From assembly GCA_036012755.1 (NCBI GenBank), contig DASCPX010000140.1, positions 1-53,077 of the forward strand: a stretch of 53,077 nucleotides of DNA, read 5' to 3'. This stretch comes from Myxococcota bacterium (lineage in GTDB: Bacteria; Myxococcota_A; UBA796; CAJQPC01). Positions 9,878 through 18,680 of this stretch are shown here, in pieces. The notes under the pieces were generated by a model. That model ran no database searches. It saw only the letters and a program-made list of their open reading frames with translations, and was not told the origin of the DNA. The first letter of the stretch is position 1. Each line of letters begins with the position of its first letter. Made by a program: the position numbers and the translations under genes.

Positions 9878-10823
9878 CCAGTCCCAGCAGGGCGGCGATC
9901 AACCCGGCGCCCGCGGGCCCTCCCGAGCAGCTACAGTCGGGGGTCATCGGCGGGTCGTCTTCGACCTCGACGTCGGTGTCCCCACTGTCCACGGGATCCG
10001 TGTCCGTGTCGGAGTCGCTGTCGGTGTCGCTGTCGGTGTCGCTGTCGACGTCGGCGTCCCCCTCGAGCTCGATGTCCATGTAGTTGGAGAGCCAGTCGAT
10101 GCTCTTGTCCACCCGCTGTGCGGCCGCTCCAGCGTTGTCGGCGTCGCAGTCGAAGGTCGTCTGCGAGACCCAGTTGAAGACCCACGAGTTCACGCCGACG
10201 AGCTCGTAGTTGCCGTCCTCGCGCAGCATCAGCGCTGCCCCGCCGGAGTCGCCCGGGCAGACGTTCTTCACCGTGCTGCCCTCGTAGGCGGTGTAGACGA
10301 ACATGCTGTCCTGGGCGCCCAGGACGGTGTCGACCGTGCGGCGGACCCCCTCGCCGGAGCCGCTGTGGGAGGTCTTGCCGTAGCCGACGTAGGTGACCGT
10401 GTCGCCCTCTTGAGACAGCTTGATGTTCTCCGTGTTCAGCCGCATCGAGCCGACGCCGCTCACCGATGACTCGAGCTTCAGGACCGCGATGTCCCAGGAG
10501 ATGCCACTGGCGTCGATCGAGTAGTCGGGGTGGATCAGGATCTGCTTCACCGGCTGGTAGGTCTCCCACTCCTCCCAGACAGTGCTCTCGAAGACGACGT
10601 AGATGTCGTAGCCGGACTCGACGTATTGCTCGGCGGCCTCGGCGCAGTGGGCTGCGGTGATGACCCGCGCGGCCTTGGCGAGCGTGCCGGAGCAGAAGGG
10701 CCCGCCCTGGTTTCCCTTGACTGCGACGAGCGCTCCGACCGAGCGGAAGCTGTTGGTCTCTTCGCCGCCGACGACAGGAGGCGCTTCCGATGCCTGGACC
10801 AGCGAGAGCATCAGCAGCGTCAT
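9849..10823 (-). CDS. Trypsin-like (S1) serine protease with Asp/Ser/Thr linker and MYXO-CTERM-like tail
   Basis: PVVGG, TAAHC, WDIA, GDSGG; DSDTDSDTD linker; CSCS-TM-RRR. Confidence 0.9.
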   Translation of the reverse strand: MTLLMLSLVQASEAPPVVGGEETNSFRSVGALVAVKGNQGGPFCSGTLAKAARVITAAHCAEAAEQYVESGYDIYVVFESTVWEEWETYQPVKQILIHPDYSIDASGISWDIAVLKLESSVSGVGSMRLNTENIKLSQEGDTVTYVGYGKTSHSGSGEGVRRTVDTVLGAQDSMFVYTAYEGSTVKNVCPGDSGGAALMLREDGNYELVGVNSWVFNWVSQTTFDCDADNAGAAAQRVDKSIDWLSNYMDIELEGDADVDSDTDSDTDSDSDTDTDPVDSGDTDVEVEDDPPMTPDCSCSGGPAGAGLIAALLGLVSLRRRASA

Positions 10824-10831
10824 CCATCACC

Positions 10832-11848
10832 TCATCGGCTGCGGCGCCTCCGAACGAAGGCGAATCCCAGGGCGGCGAGCACTCCCATCATGCCCGACGC
10901 TGGACCGGCCGCGGAGCAGATGCCCCCTGGCGGCGCCTCTCCCAGGGGGCGCGCGGGGTCGTTCCCGGTGTCGGGGTAGGCGGTGTCGGTGTCCGTGTCG
11001 CTGTCGGTGTCGCCGTCGCCGTCGCCGTCGGAGTCACTGTCGGAGTCACTGTCGGTGTCAGCGTCGCCCTCGACCGTGCCGATCTCGTCTTCTGGGATGT
11101 AGCCGATGATCCAGTCGTAGTAGGCGTCGATGCGCGTGGCGCCGGCAGCAGAGCCCTGGCGCTCGCAGTCCGGGTTTCCTCCGTAGAGGTTGAAGCCGAA
11201 GGAGTTGGCCCCCACCAGCACGAGGTCCCCTTCGATCTCCTTGAGCGCGGCGCCGCCCGAGTCGCCCGAGCAGATGTTCTTCACCGTGCCGGAGTCGCCG
11301 CTGTAGGTGTAGATGTAGCTCGCGTCCCAGCCGTAGATCGGCACGTCCACAGCGCGCTTGGTGCCGCTGCCGTTTTCGTCGTCGCCGGTCACGCCGAAGC
11401 CGACGTAGGTGATGTCCTCGCCCTCCCAGCTGCTGCCAGGGCGGCCGGTGTTGACGTCGTAGGTCCCGATCGAGCCGTCGATCGAGGTCTTCAGCTCGAG
11501 CACGCCGATGTCGTCGTCGATGGCGGTGCCGCCCGAGTAGCCCGGGTGGCGCCACGTGTTCTTCACCTCGGCGTAGTCGTCCCAGCCGCCGTTGCTGTAG
11601 ACCTTGGTCCCGAGCATGAACCAGATCTCCCAGCCCTTGCGCTCGTAGTCTTCTGCCGCTTCGACGCAGTGGGCCGCGGTGATGACGTAGCGAGGCGCGA
11701 CCAGCGTCCCCGAGCAGAAGTTGCCGCCCTGGTTGTTGTAGACCGACAGGATGGCGCCCACGGGCTTGTGGCCGGACGTCGAGCTCCCGCCGACGATTGG
11801 CGGCGCTTCTTCGTCGGCCCCCGCCAGCGAGGCGAACAGGACGAGCAT
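10832..11848 (-). CDS. Trypsin-like (S1) serine protease with Asp/Ser/Thr linker and MYXO-CTERM-like tail
   Basis: GGAGG SD before ATG 11848; PIVGG, TAAHC, DDIG, GDSGG; GICS-TM-RRRR. Confidence 0.9.
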   Translation of the reverse strand: MLVLFASLAGADEEAPPIVGGSSTSGHKPVGAILSVYNNQGGNFCSGTLVAPRYVITAAHCVEAAEDYERKGWEIWFMLGTKVYSNGGWDDYAEVKNTWRHPGYSGGTAIDDDIGVLELKTSIDGSIGTYDVNTGRPGSSWEGEDITYVGFGVTGDDENGSGTKRAVDVPIYGWDASYIYTYSGDSGTVKNICSGDSGGAALKEIEGDLVLVGANSFGFNLYGGNPDCERQGSAAGATRIDAYYDWIIGYIPEDEIGTVEGDADTDSDSDSDSDGDGDGDTDSDTDTDTAYPDTGNDPARPLGEAPPGGICSAAGPASGMMGVLAALGFAFVRRRRSR

Positions 11849-11924
11849 CGAGACCTCCGAACGGGACAGAAGATAGGCGGCCGTCGGGGGGGTCACAAGT
11901 CCGGGATTGCCAAGGTTTCGTCGA

Positions 11925-12773
11925 TCAGAGGGACACGATGACGACACCGAAGAAGGCCAGCGAGACGTAGCCGTTGAGGTCGAAGAAGGCCTTGTCGATC
12001 CTGGAGAGGTCGTCCGGGCGTACGAGCCAGTGCTCGTAGGCGAGCATCGCCGTGATCGCCAGGAAGCCGAGCCAATAGGTCCAGGACAGCTCGAAGGCAG
12101 CCGGCAGCGCGGCCAACAGCCCCACCGTCACGACGTGCATCAGCGCGCTGACCACGAGCGCTCCCTTCACGCCGATGCGCTCGGGGATGCTGTTGAGGCC
12201 CCGCCTTCGATCGAAGTCCGCGTCCTGGCAGGCGTAGATGATGTCGAAGCCCGCGACCCATGTGCCGACTATGCCGCTGAGGATCAAGGCGGTCGGTGCC
12301 ACGGTGTCGCTGATGGCGATCCAGGCCGCCGTGGGCGCCAGGGCGAGGGCGAGGCCGAGGAAGAGGTGGCAGAGCGCCGTGAAGCGCTTGGTCAGGCTGT
12401 AGCCGCAGATGATGGCCAGGACGATCGGCGCCAGCGCCAGACAGAGGGGTGAGAGCAGCCAGGCGCCGGCGAGGAAGACTGCGGCGCTCATCCCGGTGAA
12501 GGCCCAGGCTGCCCGGACGCTGATGGTCCCGGCGGGGATGGCTCTGTCCGCCGTGCGGGGGTTCTCTGCGTCGATGTCGCGGTCCACGATGCGGTTGAAG
12601 CCCATGGCCGCGGAGCGAGCCGCCACCATGCAGATCACGATCCAGAGAAAGTCGGTCCAGACGTAGCCGTGCTCCACCGCCGCGAGCACAGCCGCCGCGA
12701 GGGCAAAGGGCATCGCGAAGATGCTGTGCGAGAGCTTGATCATCCGCGAGTAGTCGACGACGCCGCGGATCAT
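11925..12773 (-). CDS. ubiA: UbiA-family prenyltransferase of the futalosine pathway (MqnP-like)
   Basis: MIKLSHSIFAMPFAL, ARSAAMGFNRIVDRDIDAENPRTADR, YSLTKRFT, GFDIIYACQD; ATGA overlap with upstream gene. Confidence 0.9.
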   Translation of the reverse strand: MIRGVVDYSRMIKLSHSIFAMPFALAAAVLAAVEHGYVWTDFLWIVICMVAARSAAMGFNRIVDRDIDAENPRTADRAIPAGTISVRAAWAFTGMSAAVFLAGAWLLSPLCLALAPIVLAIICGYSLTKRFTALCHLFLGLALALAPTAAWIAISDTVAPTALILSGIVGTWVAGFDIIYACQDADFDRRRGLNSIPERIGVKGALVVSALMHVVTVGLLAALPAAFELSWTYWLGFLAITAMLAYEHWLVRPDDLSRIDKAFFDLNGYVSLAFFGVVIVSL

Positions 12774-13879
12774 CCGACCCTCCCCGGGCGAACGAGCCAG
12801 CGTCGCTCGATGGGCCCTGTTCCCCCGAGGTCCCGCGCGCAGCCCTCGACGAGGACCACCCCGGGCCGCTTGCCGGGCTCGAAGACGCCGAGGTGGGGCT
12901 GGTCGAGCAGGCCGGCGCCCTCTCGGGTCGCGGCCTGCAGCCAGACCTCGGGGTGCACCTCTGGGAAGGCTTGCATGAGCGCGCGGACCTCTTTGAGCAG
13001 GTCGAGGTCCGCGACGCTGGCGAGAGAGTCCGTGCCGAGGGCCAGCGGGATGCCGCGCTCGATCATGCCGCCAACGTCCGGGAGCCCTCCGCCGATGTGC
13101 AGGTTGCTTCGGGGGCAGAGCACGACGGTGGTGCCCGAGGTGGCGATGGCGTCGAGGTCGTCCCCCGTGGCGCCGACGCAGTGGACCAGGGCCAGCTCGG
13201 AGAGCACGCCGAGGCGCCGGAGGTACTCTGTGGGCGAGCAGCCGGGGGGCTCGAAGACCCGCAGGTCGCGGCCGATGAGGCGGATGAAGTCTGCCCACGG
13301 GCCGCCTCCGTCATGGAGGAACCTGCGCTCCGCCGGGTCCTCGTCGAGGTGGATGGAGGCCTTGGGACCCGGCTCGGACGCGGCCGCGACGATGCGGTCG
13401 GGCGAGGTGGAGTAGGGGGCGTGCGGCGAGACGCGCACCTCGAAGCCCTCGACCGGCCGTAGCTCCAGCCCGGGCAGTCCCACCTCGTCGATGCCCAGCA
13501 CTTCTCTATGGACCACTCCGCACAGATCGGATCGCGCCAGGAGAGGCTCGGGTCGCCCGGTGTTGGTGACGTCCGCGATGGCGGCAGTGCCGAATGCGAT
13601 GGCCTCCTCGATGGCCGCTTGCATCGCGTCCGTGTCCCGGTCGTCGACTCGGTACAGATTGCTCACCCACTCGATCAGCGAGCTCCCGTGGACCAGCGTT
13701 CCGGAGAGCTCGATGTGTGCGTGCGCGTTCACCAGGCCCGGCAGGGCGAGTCCGTCGAGCGCGAGCGCCTCCTCCGCCCGGCCCACCTCCAGCACGGTGC
13801 CCTCTTCGTCGAGGGTGAGGGAGACGTTCCGCCTCAGACCCTCTGGGAGCAGTGCGTGCGCCAGGTGGAGCCGTCGCAT
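12770..13879 (-). CDS. Amidohydrolase, probable aminodeoxyfutalosine deaminase
   Basis: PGLVNAHAHIE, SPHAPYS, IHLDE, VHCV, CPRSN, LGTDSLAS; located in mqn operon. Confidence 0.8.
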   Translation of the reverse strand: MRRLHLAHALLPEGLRRNVSLTLDEEGTVLEVGRAEEALALDGLALPGLVNAHAHIELSGTLVHGSSLIEWVSNLYRVDDRDTDAMQAAIEEAIAFGTAAIADVTNTGRPEPLLARSDLCGVVHREVLGIDEVGLPGLELRPVEGFEVRVSPHAPYSTSPDRIVAAASEPGPKASIHLDEDPAERRFLHDGGGPWADFIRLIGRDLRVFEPPGCSPTEYLRRLGVLSELALVHCVGATGDDLDAIATSGTTVVLCPRSNLHIGGGLPDVGGMIERGIPLALGTDSLASVADLDLLKEVRALMQAFPEVHPEVWLQAATREGAGLLDQPHLGVFEPGKRPGVVLVEGCARDLGGTGPIERRWLVRPGRVG

Positions 13880-13880
13880 C

Positions 13881-15146
13881 TCAGGGGCGCGCCCTGCGCT
13901 GTGGCACGAAGCCGGCCTGCCGGATGTCGCGCTCGGCTCGGTCGATGTCGTCCAGCTCACCGAGATCGTTGGCGCCTGAGTGGAGGGCAGCCTGCCCGAT
14001 GTCCACCAGGTCCAGGGGCGCCAGCACGTTGGGGATCGTGGTCAACAGCCGGGACAGCGCGGTCCACCGGAGCGCCTCCGCCGCGCTTCCGCCCTCTACG
14101 GCGACGTCGGTCCAGCCCCCGAGCGCTTCCAGCCGCAACAGAGCCCAGATCCGCTCATCGTCCCCTTCGTCCTCGCGTATGCGCAACAGCGCGCTGTTGG
14201 TGTCCACGTGGTCCGTCGAGGCGTAGCCGCGCTCCCGCTGGGGGTGCAGGTCCCTGCAGCGCAGGTCCGCGGCGGCGCTGAGATCTGCCAGCGGCGCCCT
14301 GACGAGCTGAGCGATCTCGGACTCATGCAACGTGACTCCGTTCGCGGCGTCGTCGAGGATGCGGTCGAGATCGGCCCGTGGCATCAGCCGGTCGCCAGGT
14401 CCATAGAGCTCGATCTCGTGGCGGCTGAGGAGCCCCTCCTCGACGCCCAGGGCCGCGAAGCGCCGCAGGCCCATCAGCGCCCGGTCGTCCAACTCGTAGC
14501 GGATGTGCTCGAGCAGGTATGTCCGGTCGGGCTCGGGCAGGGCAGCCCGGAGATCCAATCCCTCCGTGGCGGCCTGACGCAAGCCAGCGATATCACTCGG
14601 AGACAGACCGTTGCGGCCTGCCCACACGGCGAACACGAAGGGCAGGCCGGTCCAGTCGTACCAGGCCTGCCCGAGGTCGATGCGGTGCTCCATGCGCGGT
14701 GGCAGGTTCCTGGCGGCGTCCCCGATGACCAGGGCGGCCGTGGTGCCGCGTGCCTGGCCTTGGGCGGTGCCGGGCTCGACGTGGCGGAAGGTGATGCCCT
14801 CCTTCGCCAGTGGCCCGCGACGGAGGATGAGCTGAGCCAGCACGACGCTCGTGCGGCTGACACCGTCCAGCAGCACCTCGGTCCAGTCCCCTGGAGGTGT
14901 CTCCGCCACGAGCAGTACGCTGTGGACGGGTCCTTCACAGCCGATGCAGGCTCCCGGGACCACCTTCCAGCTCCCCTCGGACAGCAGCGCGCCCACGGGC
15001 ACCAGGCCCACGTCGGCCTCGCCCTGTCGGACCCACTCGGCGACCTGGGCGGGGTGGCCCTCCGTCACCTGGTACCGGATGCGATCGAGGCGGGTCAACA
15101 GGGGCCAGGCGTTGGTGTAGCCGACGGCGGCGACGCGGACAGGCAT
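13881..15146 (-). CDS. mqnA: Chorismate dehydratase MqnA fused to a degenerate MqnC/CofH-like C-terminal domain
   Basis: VAAVGYTNAWPL, GCEGPVHSV, SRTSVVL, LVIGDAA, DLGQAWYDWTGLPFVFAVW; extra ~160 aa resembling CofH-family termini. Confidence 0.85.
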   Translation of the reverse strand: MPVRVAAVGYTNAWPLLTRLDRIRYQVTEGHPAQVAEWVRQGEADVGLVPVGALLSEGSWKVVPGACIGCEGPVHSVLLVAETPPGDWTEVLLDGVSRTSVVLAQLILRRGPLAKEGITFRHVEPGTAQGQARGTTAALVIGDAARNLPPRMEHRIDLGQAWYDWTGLPFVFAVWAGRNGLSPSDIAGLRQAATEGLDLRAALPEPDRTYLLEHIRYELDDRALMGLRRFAALGVEEGLLSRHEIELYGPGDRLMPRADLDRILDDAANGVTLHESEIAQLVRAPLADLSAAADLRCRDLHPQRERGYASTDHVDTNSALLRIREDEGDDERIWALLRLEALGGWTDVAVEGGSAAEALRWTALSRLLTTIPNVLAPLDLVDIGQAALHSGANDLGELDDIDRAERDIRQAGFVPQRRARP

Positions 15147-16301
15147 TCAGGCCTCCGCCACGACGTTGTAGTGGGTGTCACGCTCCACGGGGATCCGGCC
15201 CGCGGCGCGGATGAGCCCGATCAGCTCTGTGCGCGTGAGCTCCTGCGGGGTCTTGGCCCCGGCCATGTGGTAGACGCGCTCTTCGCGCACGGTGCCGTCG
15301 AGGTCGGAGGCGCCGTAGCTCAGGCTCAGCTGGGCGATGTCCTGGCCCATCATGACCCAGTAGCTCTTGACGTGGGGGATGTTGTCGAGCATCAGCCGGC
15401 TCACGGCGATCGTGCGCAGTGCGTCGTGGCCGGTGGGTGCCGCCAGGCGGGCCAGGCGGTTGTTGTCGTTGTGGAACTTCAGCGGCACGAAGGTCTGGAA
15501 CAAGCCGAGGTTCGGGTCCTTTGCCCTGTTTGCGAGGCTCTCGTCCTGGAGGTCCCTGAGGCGGACGAGGTGGTCGACCCTCTCCTCGAGACGCTCGATG
15601 CTGCCGAAGAGCATCGTGCAGTTCGTGCGCATTCCAAGGCCATGGGCGACGCGGTGGACCTCCAACCAGCCATCCGCGTCGACCTTGTCGCGACAGAGCT
15701 TCCGTCGGGCGCGCGGATGGAAGATCTCAGCGCCGCCCCCCGGCAAGGACTCCAGACCGGCTCCGCGCAGGGCGGTGAGCACCTCTGCGTAGGTCATGCC
15801 GTATTTCTGTGCGTAGTAGTGGATCTCGACCGCGGTGAAGCCCTTGATGTGGAGGTCTGGCCGGGCCTCCTTGATGGCCCGCAGCATGTCCGTGTAGTAG
15901 CTGAACGGAAGGCCAGGATGGAGGCCGTTGACGATGTGGACTTCTGTGATGAATGCGTCCTTCAGCGCGACGACGCGACCCACCGCCTCGTCGATGGTCA
16001 TCGTGTATGCGGCGGGCATGCCCTCTTCGAGGCGAGCGAAGCTGCAGAAGATGCAGGAGGCCTCGCAGACGTTCGTCGCGTTCACGTGGACGTTGCGGTT
16101 GAAGTAGGTCAGGTCGCCGTGGAGGCGCTCGCGGACGAGGTTCGCGAGGCCACCCACCGCCGCGAGGTCCGGGGTCTGGAAGAGGCGAAGGCCGTCCTCG
16201 AAGCAGAGGCGCCGTCCCCCGACGACTTTGTCCGCGATGTCGTCGAGGCCAGCGCGGGCGACGCAGCGCCGCTGCACGGAGGACAGCCTGGGCTCCATCA
16301 T
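15147..16301 (-). CDS. mqnE: Aminofutalosine synthase MqnE (radical SAM, CofH family)
   Basis: NATNVCEASCIFCSF (CxxxCxxC), EVHIVNGLHP, IKGFTAVEI, LPGGGAEIF, DLDGTVREE. Confidence 0.9.
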   Translation of the reverse strand: MMEPRLSSVQRRCVARAGLDDIADKVVGGRRLCFEDGLRLFQTPDLAAVGGLANLVRERLHGDLTYFNRNVHVNATNVCEASCIFCSFARLEEGMPAAYTMTIDEAVGRVVALKDAFITEVHIVNGLHPGLPFSYYTDMLRAIKEARPDLHIKGFTAVEIHYYAQKYGMTYAEVLTALRGAGLESLPGGGAEIFHPRARRKLCRDKVDADGWLEVHRVAHGLGMRTNCTMLFGSIERLEERVDHLVRLRDLQDESLANRAKDPNLGLFQTFVPLKFHNDNNRLARLAAPTGHDALRTIAVSRLMLDNIPHVKSYWVMMGQDIAQLSLSYGASDLDGTVREERVYHMAGAKTPQELTRTELIGLIRAAGRIPVERDTHYNVVAEA

Positions 16302-16864
16302 GGCTTCATCCCTGTCCAGCGGTGGGCGAGGTCGTTGTCGACAGCGAGCTGGTCGAGGACCCGGCCGACGACGTTGTCGACGAGGGCCTCGATGTTCTCC
16401 GGCTTTCCGTAGAAGCTCGGCGAGGCCGGGAGGATCACCGCTCCTGCCTCGCAGACCTGCTGCATGTTGCGGAGGTGGACCAGCGAGTATGGGGCCTCGC
16501 GCACGCAGAGGACGAGGCGCCTCCGCTCCTTCAGCATCACGTCGGCGGCTCGACCCACCAGGTCGGCGCTGATGCCGTTGGCGATACGAGCGAGGCTCCC
16601 GGCGGAGCAGGGCAGGACCGCCATCGCGTCGAAGCGAGCGCTGCCGCTGGCGAAGGGGGCGGTCAACTCCAGTGGCCCCCAGATCGGCAGATCGTGCTCG
16701 CGGGGGTCCGTGCCGACCTCGTGCTGCCAGACCAGCCGCCCGGTCTTCGTGAAGACGAGGTGGGCCTCGATGCCGGCGTCACGGCCCGGGCCAGCCAGCC
16801 ACCGCACCATCGCCGCGGCGTAGGGGGCGCCGCTGGCGCCGGTGATGCCCAGGACCAGCTTCAT
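16298..16864 (-). CDS. ubiX: Flavin prenyltransferase UbiX
   Basis: MKLVLGITGASG, ASGS, PCSAGSL, RAADVMLKERRRLVL, REAP, PSFY. Confidence 0.93.
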   Translation of the reverse strand: MKLVLGITGASGAPYAAAMVRWLAGPGRDAGIEAHLVFTKTGRLVWQHEVGTDPREHDLPIWGPLELTAPFASGSARFDAMAVLPCSAGSLARIANGISADLVGRAADVMLKERRRLVLCVREAPYSLVHLRNMQQVCEAGAVILPASPSFYGKPENIEALVDNVVGRVLDQLAVDNDLAHRWTGMKP

Positions 16865-17565
16865 GCGGGCCTCCTCAAGACGACCAGCGAGGCCACCGGA
16901 GGCAGGAGGTCGTCGCTGCTGACGAGCTCGAAGCCGACCTCGACGGCGAGGGCCTCGAACTCGGCGCGGCTCAGGTAGGCGACCATCGACTCGGCGAGGT
17001 AGGCGTATGCAGCGCGGTCTCCGCTGATCAGTCCGCCGACGTTGGGTAGGACGAGCTTGTTGAAGAGGCCGTGGAAGGCCCTGGCGTGGGCGCGCACCGG
17101 GCGGAAGAACTCGAGCACGGCGAAGCGCCCGCCGGGACGGAGGACCGACAACACCTCGGACAGCGCCGCTCGGTTGTCTGGCACGTTGCGAAGCCCGAAG
17201 CCGCAGGTCGCGGCGCCGAAGGGTCCCTCTACCGACAGCGCCTCTGCGTCCCCGACCACGACATCGACCGGGGCACCCTCGGGCAGGCGCCCGCGGCCCC
17301 GCTCCAGCATCTCGGCGCTGAAGTCCACGGCGACCACACGAGGGGAGCCCGCGGCGAGCAGCTCGAGGGTCATCTCCAGGGTGCCGGCGCAGAGGTCCAG
17401 GGAGGTGGCGTCGAGGGGTCCGAGCGCGCGGACGGTGCGCTTTCGCCAGATCGTGTCGATGCCCATCGACAGGATCCGGTTGGTGAGGTCGTAGGTGGGG
17501 GCGATGCGGTCGAACATCTCCCGAACCTCGGGCCCGCGGCCCGGATCGCCGGCCTGCGGGGTCAC
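16861..17565 (-). CDS. ubiE: UbiE/MenG quinone C-methyltransferase
   Basis: MFDRIAPTYDLTNRILSMGID, LDLCAGT, FGLRNV, AYAYLAES. Confidence 0.9.
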   Translation of the reverse strand: MTPQAGDPGRGPEVREMFDRIAPTYDLTNRILSMGIDTIWRKRTVRALGPLDATSLDLCAGTLEMTLELLAAGSPRVVAVDFSAEMLERGRGRLPEGAPVDVVVGDAEALSVEGPFGAATCGFGLRNVPDNRAALSEVLSVLRPGGRFAVLEFFRPVRAHARAFHGLFNKLVLPNVGGLISGDRAAYAYLAESMVAYLSRAEFEALAVEVGFELVSSDDLLPPVASLVVLRRPA

Positions 17566-18599
17566 GCCACCCTCTCGGCGAGGTAGCGCGCCAGCTCGGC
17601 CAGCGCGGCCTTGTGGGGGCTCTCGGGGAGCACATCCAGCTCTGCGATGCCTCCCTCGACGAGCTCCTTGGCGAAGGCCCCGGCGCGCTCGAGGGCGCCT
17701 GTCGCCCGCACACGCTCGATGATCTCCCGGATCTGCTCGGCCTGCACCGGTCGGCCCAGGCGCTCCGCGAGCTCCGGGTCACGCTCCAGCGCGAAGAGCA
17801 AGGGCAGGGTGAGCTTCCTGTCCTTCAGATCGGTCCCGGGGGTCTTGCCGGTGAGCTCAGAGCGGCCTCCGTAGTCGAGGATGTCGTCAGTGACCTGGAA
17901 GGCCACGCCGATCGCGCGACCGAAGCGGTCCATGCGGGCGGTGAGGGCCGTATCGTCCAGGACCCGAGCCCCGACGCTCGCACACCAGGCGATGAGCGCC
18001 GCGCTCTTGCGGTCGACGATCTCCAGGTAGTCCTCTCGCGTCGTGTCGAGGTCGCCGGCCCGCCTGAGCTGGAGGACCTCGCCCTCCGCCATGGCTTTGA
18101 GGGCTTCGGCGAGGCCACTCACACATGCCTGACCGCCGTGCTCACTGGCCAGGAGCACGCCCTGGGCGAGGCAGAAGTCGCCGCTGAGGATGACCAGCGC
18201 GTTGCCGTAGACGTGCTGCGCGGCGTCGATGCCGCGGCGGGTGCTGGCGTCGTCGACGACGTCGTCGTGGAGCAAGGAGCCCAGGTGGATGAGCTCGCCC
18301 ACGGTCATGAGCCGGGACAGGTCTCCGCCGACCCCCAGGGCCCGGGCGCCGAGCGCGGTCAGCAGTGGCCTGACGCGCTTGCCACCAGCGCTCGCCAGGT
18401 AGCGCACGGCTCCGTCGACGGGCTCGATCGTGTCCCCGACGATGTCGGTCAGCACCGCCTCGGCCTTGGCCATGTCCTCTGCCACGAGGGCGAAGGCAGC
18501 GCTCGGTGGGCGCACCCTCGAGCGGGCGGCCCCGGCTGCGAGTCCCCCGGGCTCCAGTCGCCTCGCGGAGGCGCCTGGGAGGAGATGGATCCGCTGCAT
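17562..18599 (-). CDS. Polyprenyl diphosphate synthase
   Basis: GGKRVRP, LLHDDVVD..RRG, FQVTDDILD, GKTPGTDL; GGAGG SD. Confidence 0.92.
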   Translation of the reverse strand: MQRIHLLPGASARRLEPGGLAAGAARSRVRPPSAAFALVAEDMAKAEAVLTDIVGDTIEPVDGAVRYLASAGGKRVRPLLTALGARALGVGGDLSRLMTVGELIHLGSLLHDDVVDDASTRRGIDAAQHVYGNALVILSGDFCLAQGVLLASEHGGQACVSGLAEALKAMAEGEVLQLRRAGDLDTTREDYLEIVDRKSAALIAWCASVGARVLDDTALTARMDRFGRAIGVAFQVTDDILDYGGRSELTGKTPGTDLKDRKLTLPLLFALERDPELAERLGRPVQAEQIREIIERVRATGALERAGAFAKELVEGGIAELDVLPESPHKAALAELARYLAERVA

Positions 18600-18626
18600 C
18601 AGGGCCTCCGCTGCGACCTGGGATCA

Positions 18627-18674
18627 GTAATAGTCACTCTTTTCAAAAACTTCAATGACGATTGAAGTTATAGT
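18627..18674. promoter_or_regulatory. Divergent promoter region with perfect inverted repeat AACTTCAAT-GACG-ATTGAAGTT (18648-18669), putative GbsR-family operator
   Basis: Short AT-rich patch; minus-strand TTGAAG-17bp-TATTAC toward the mqn operon; plus-strand TATAGT 6 nt before ATG 18681. Confidence 0.75.
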
Positions 18675-18680
18675 TCGGAC

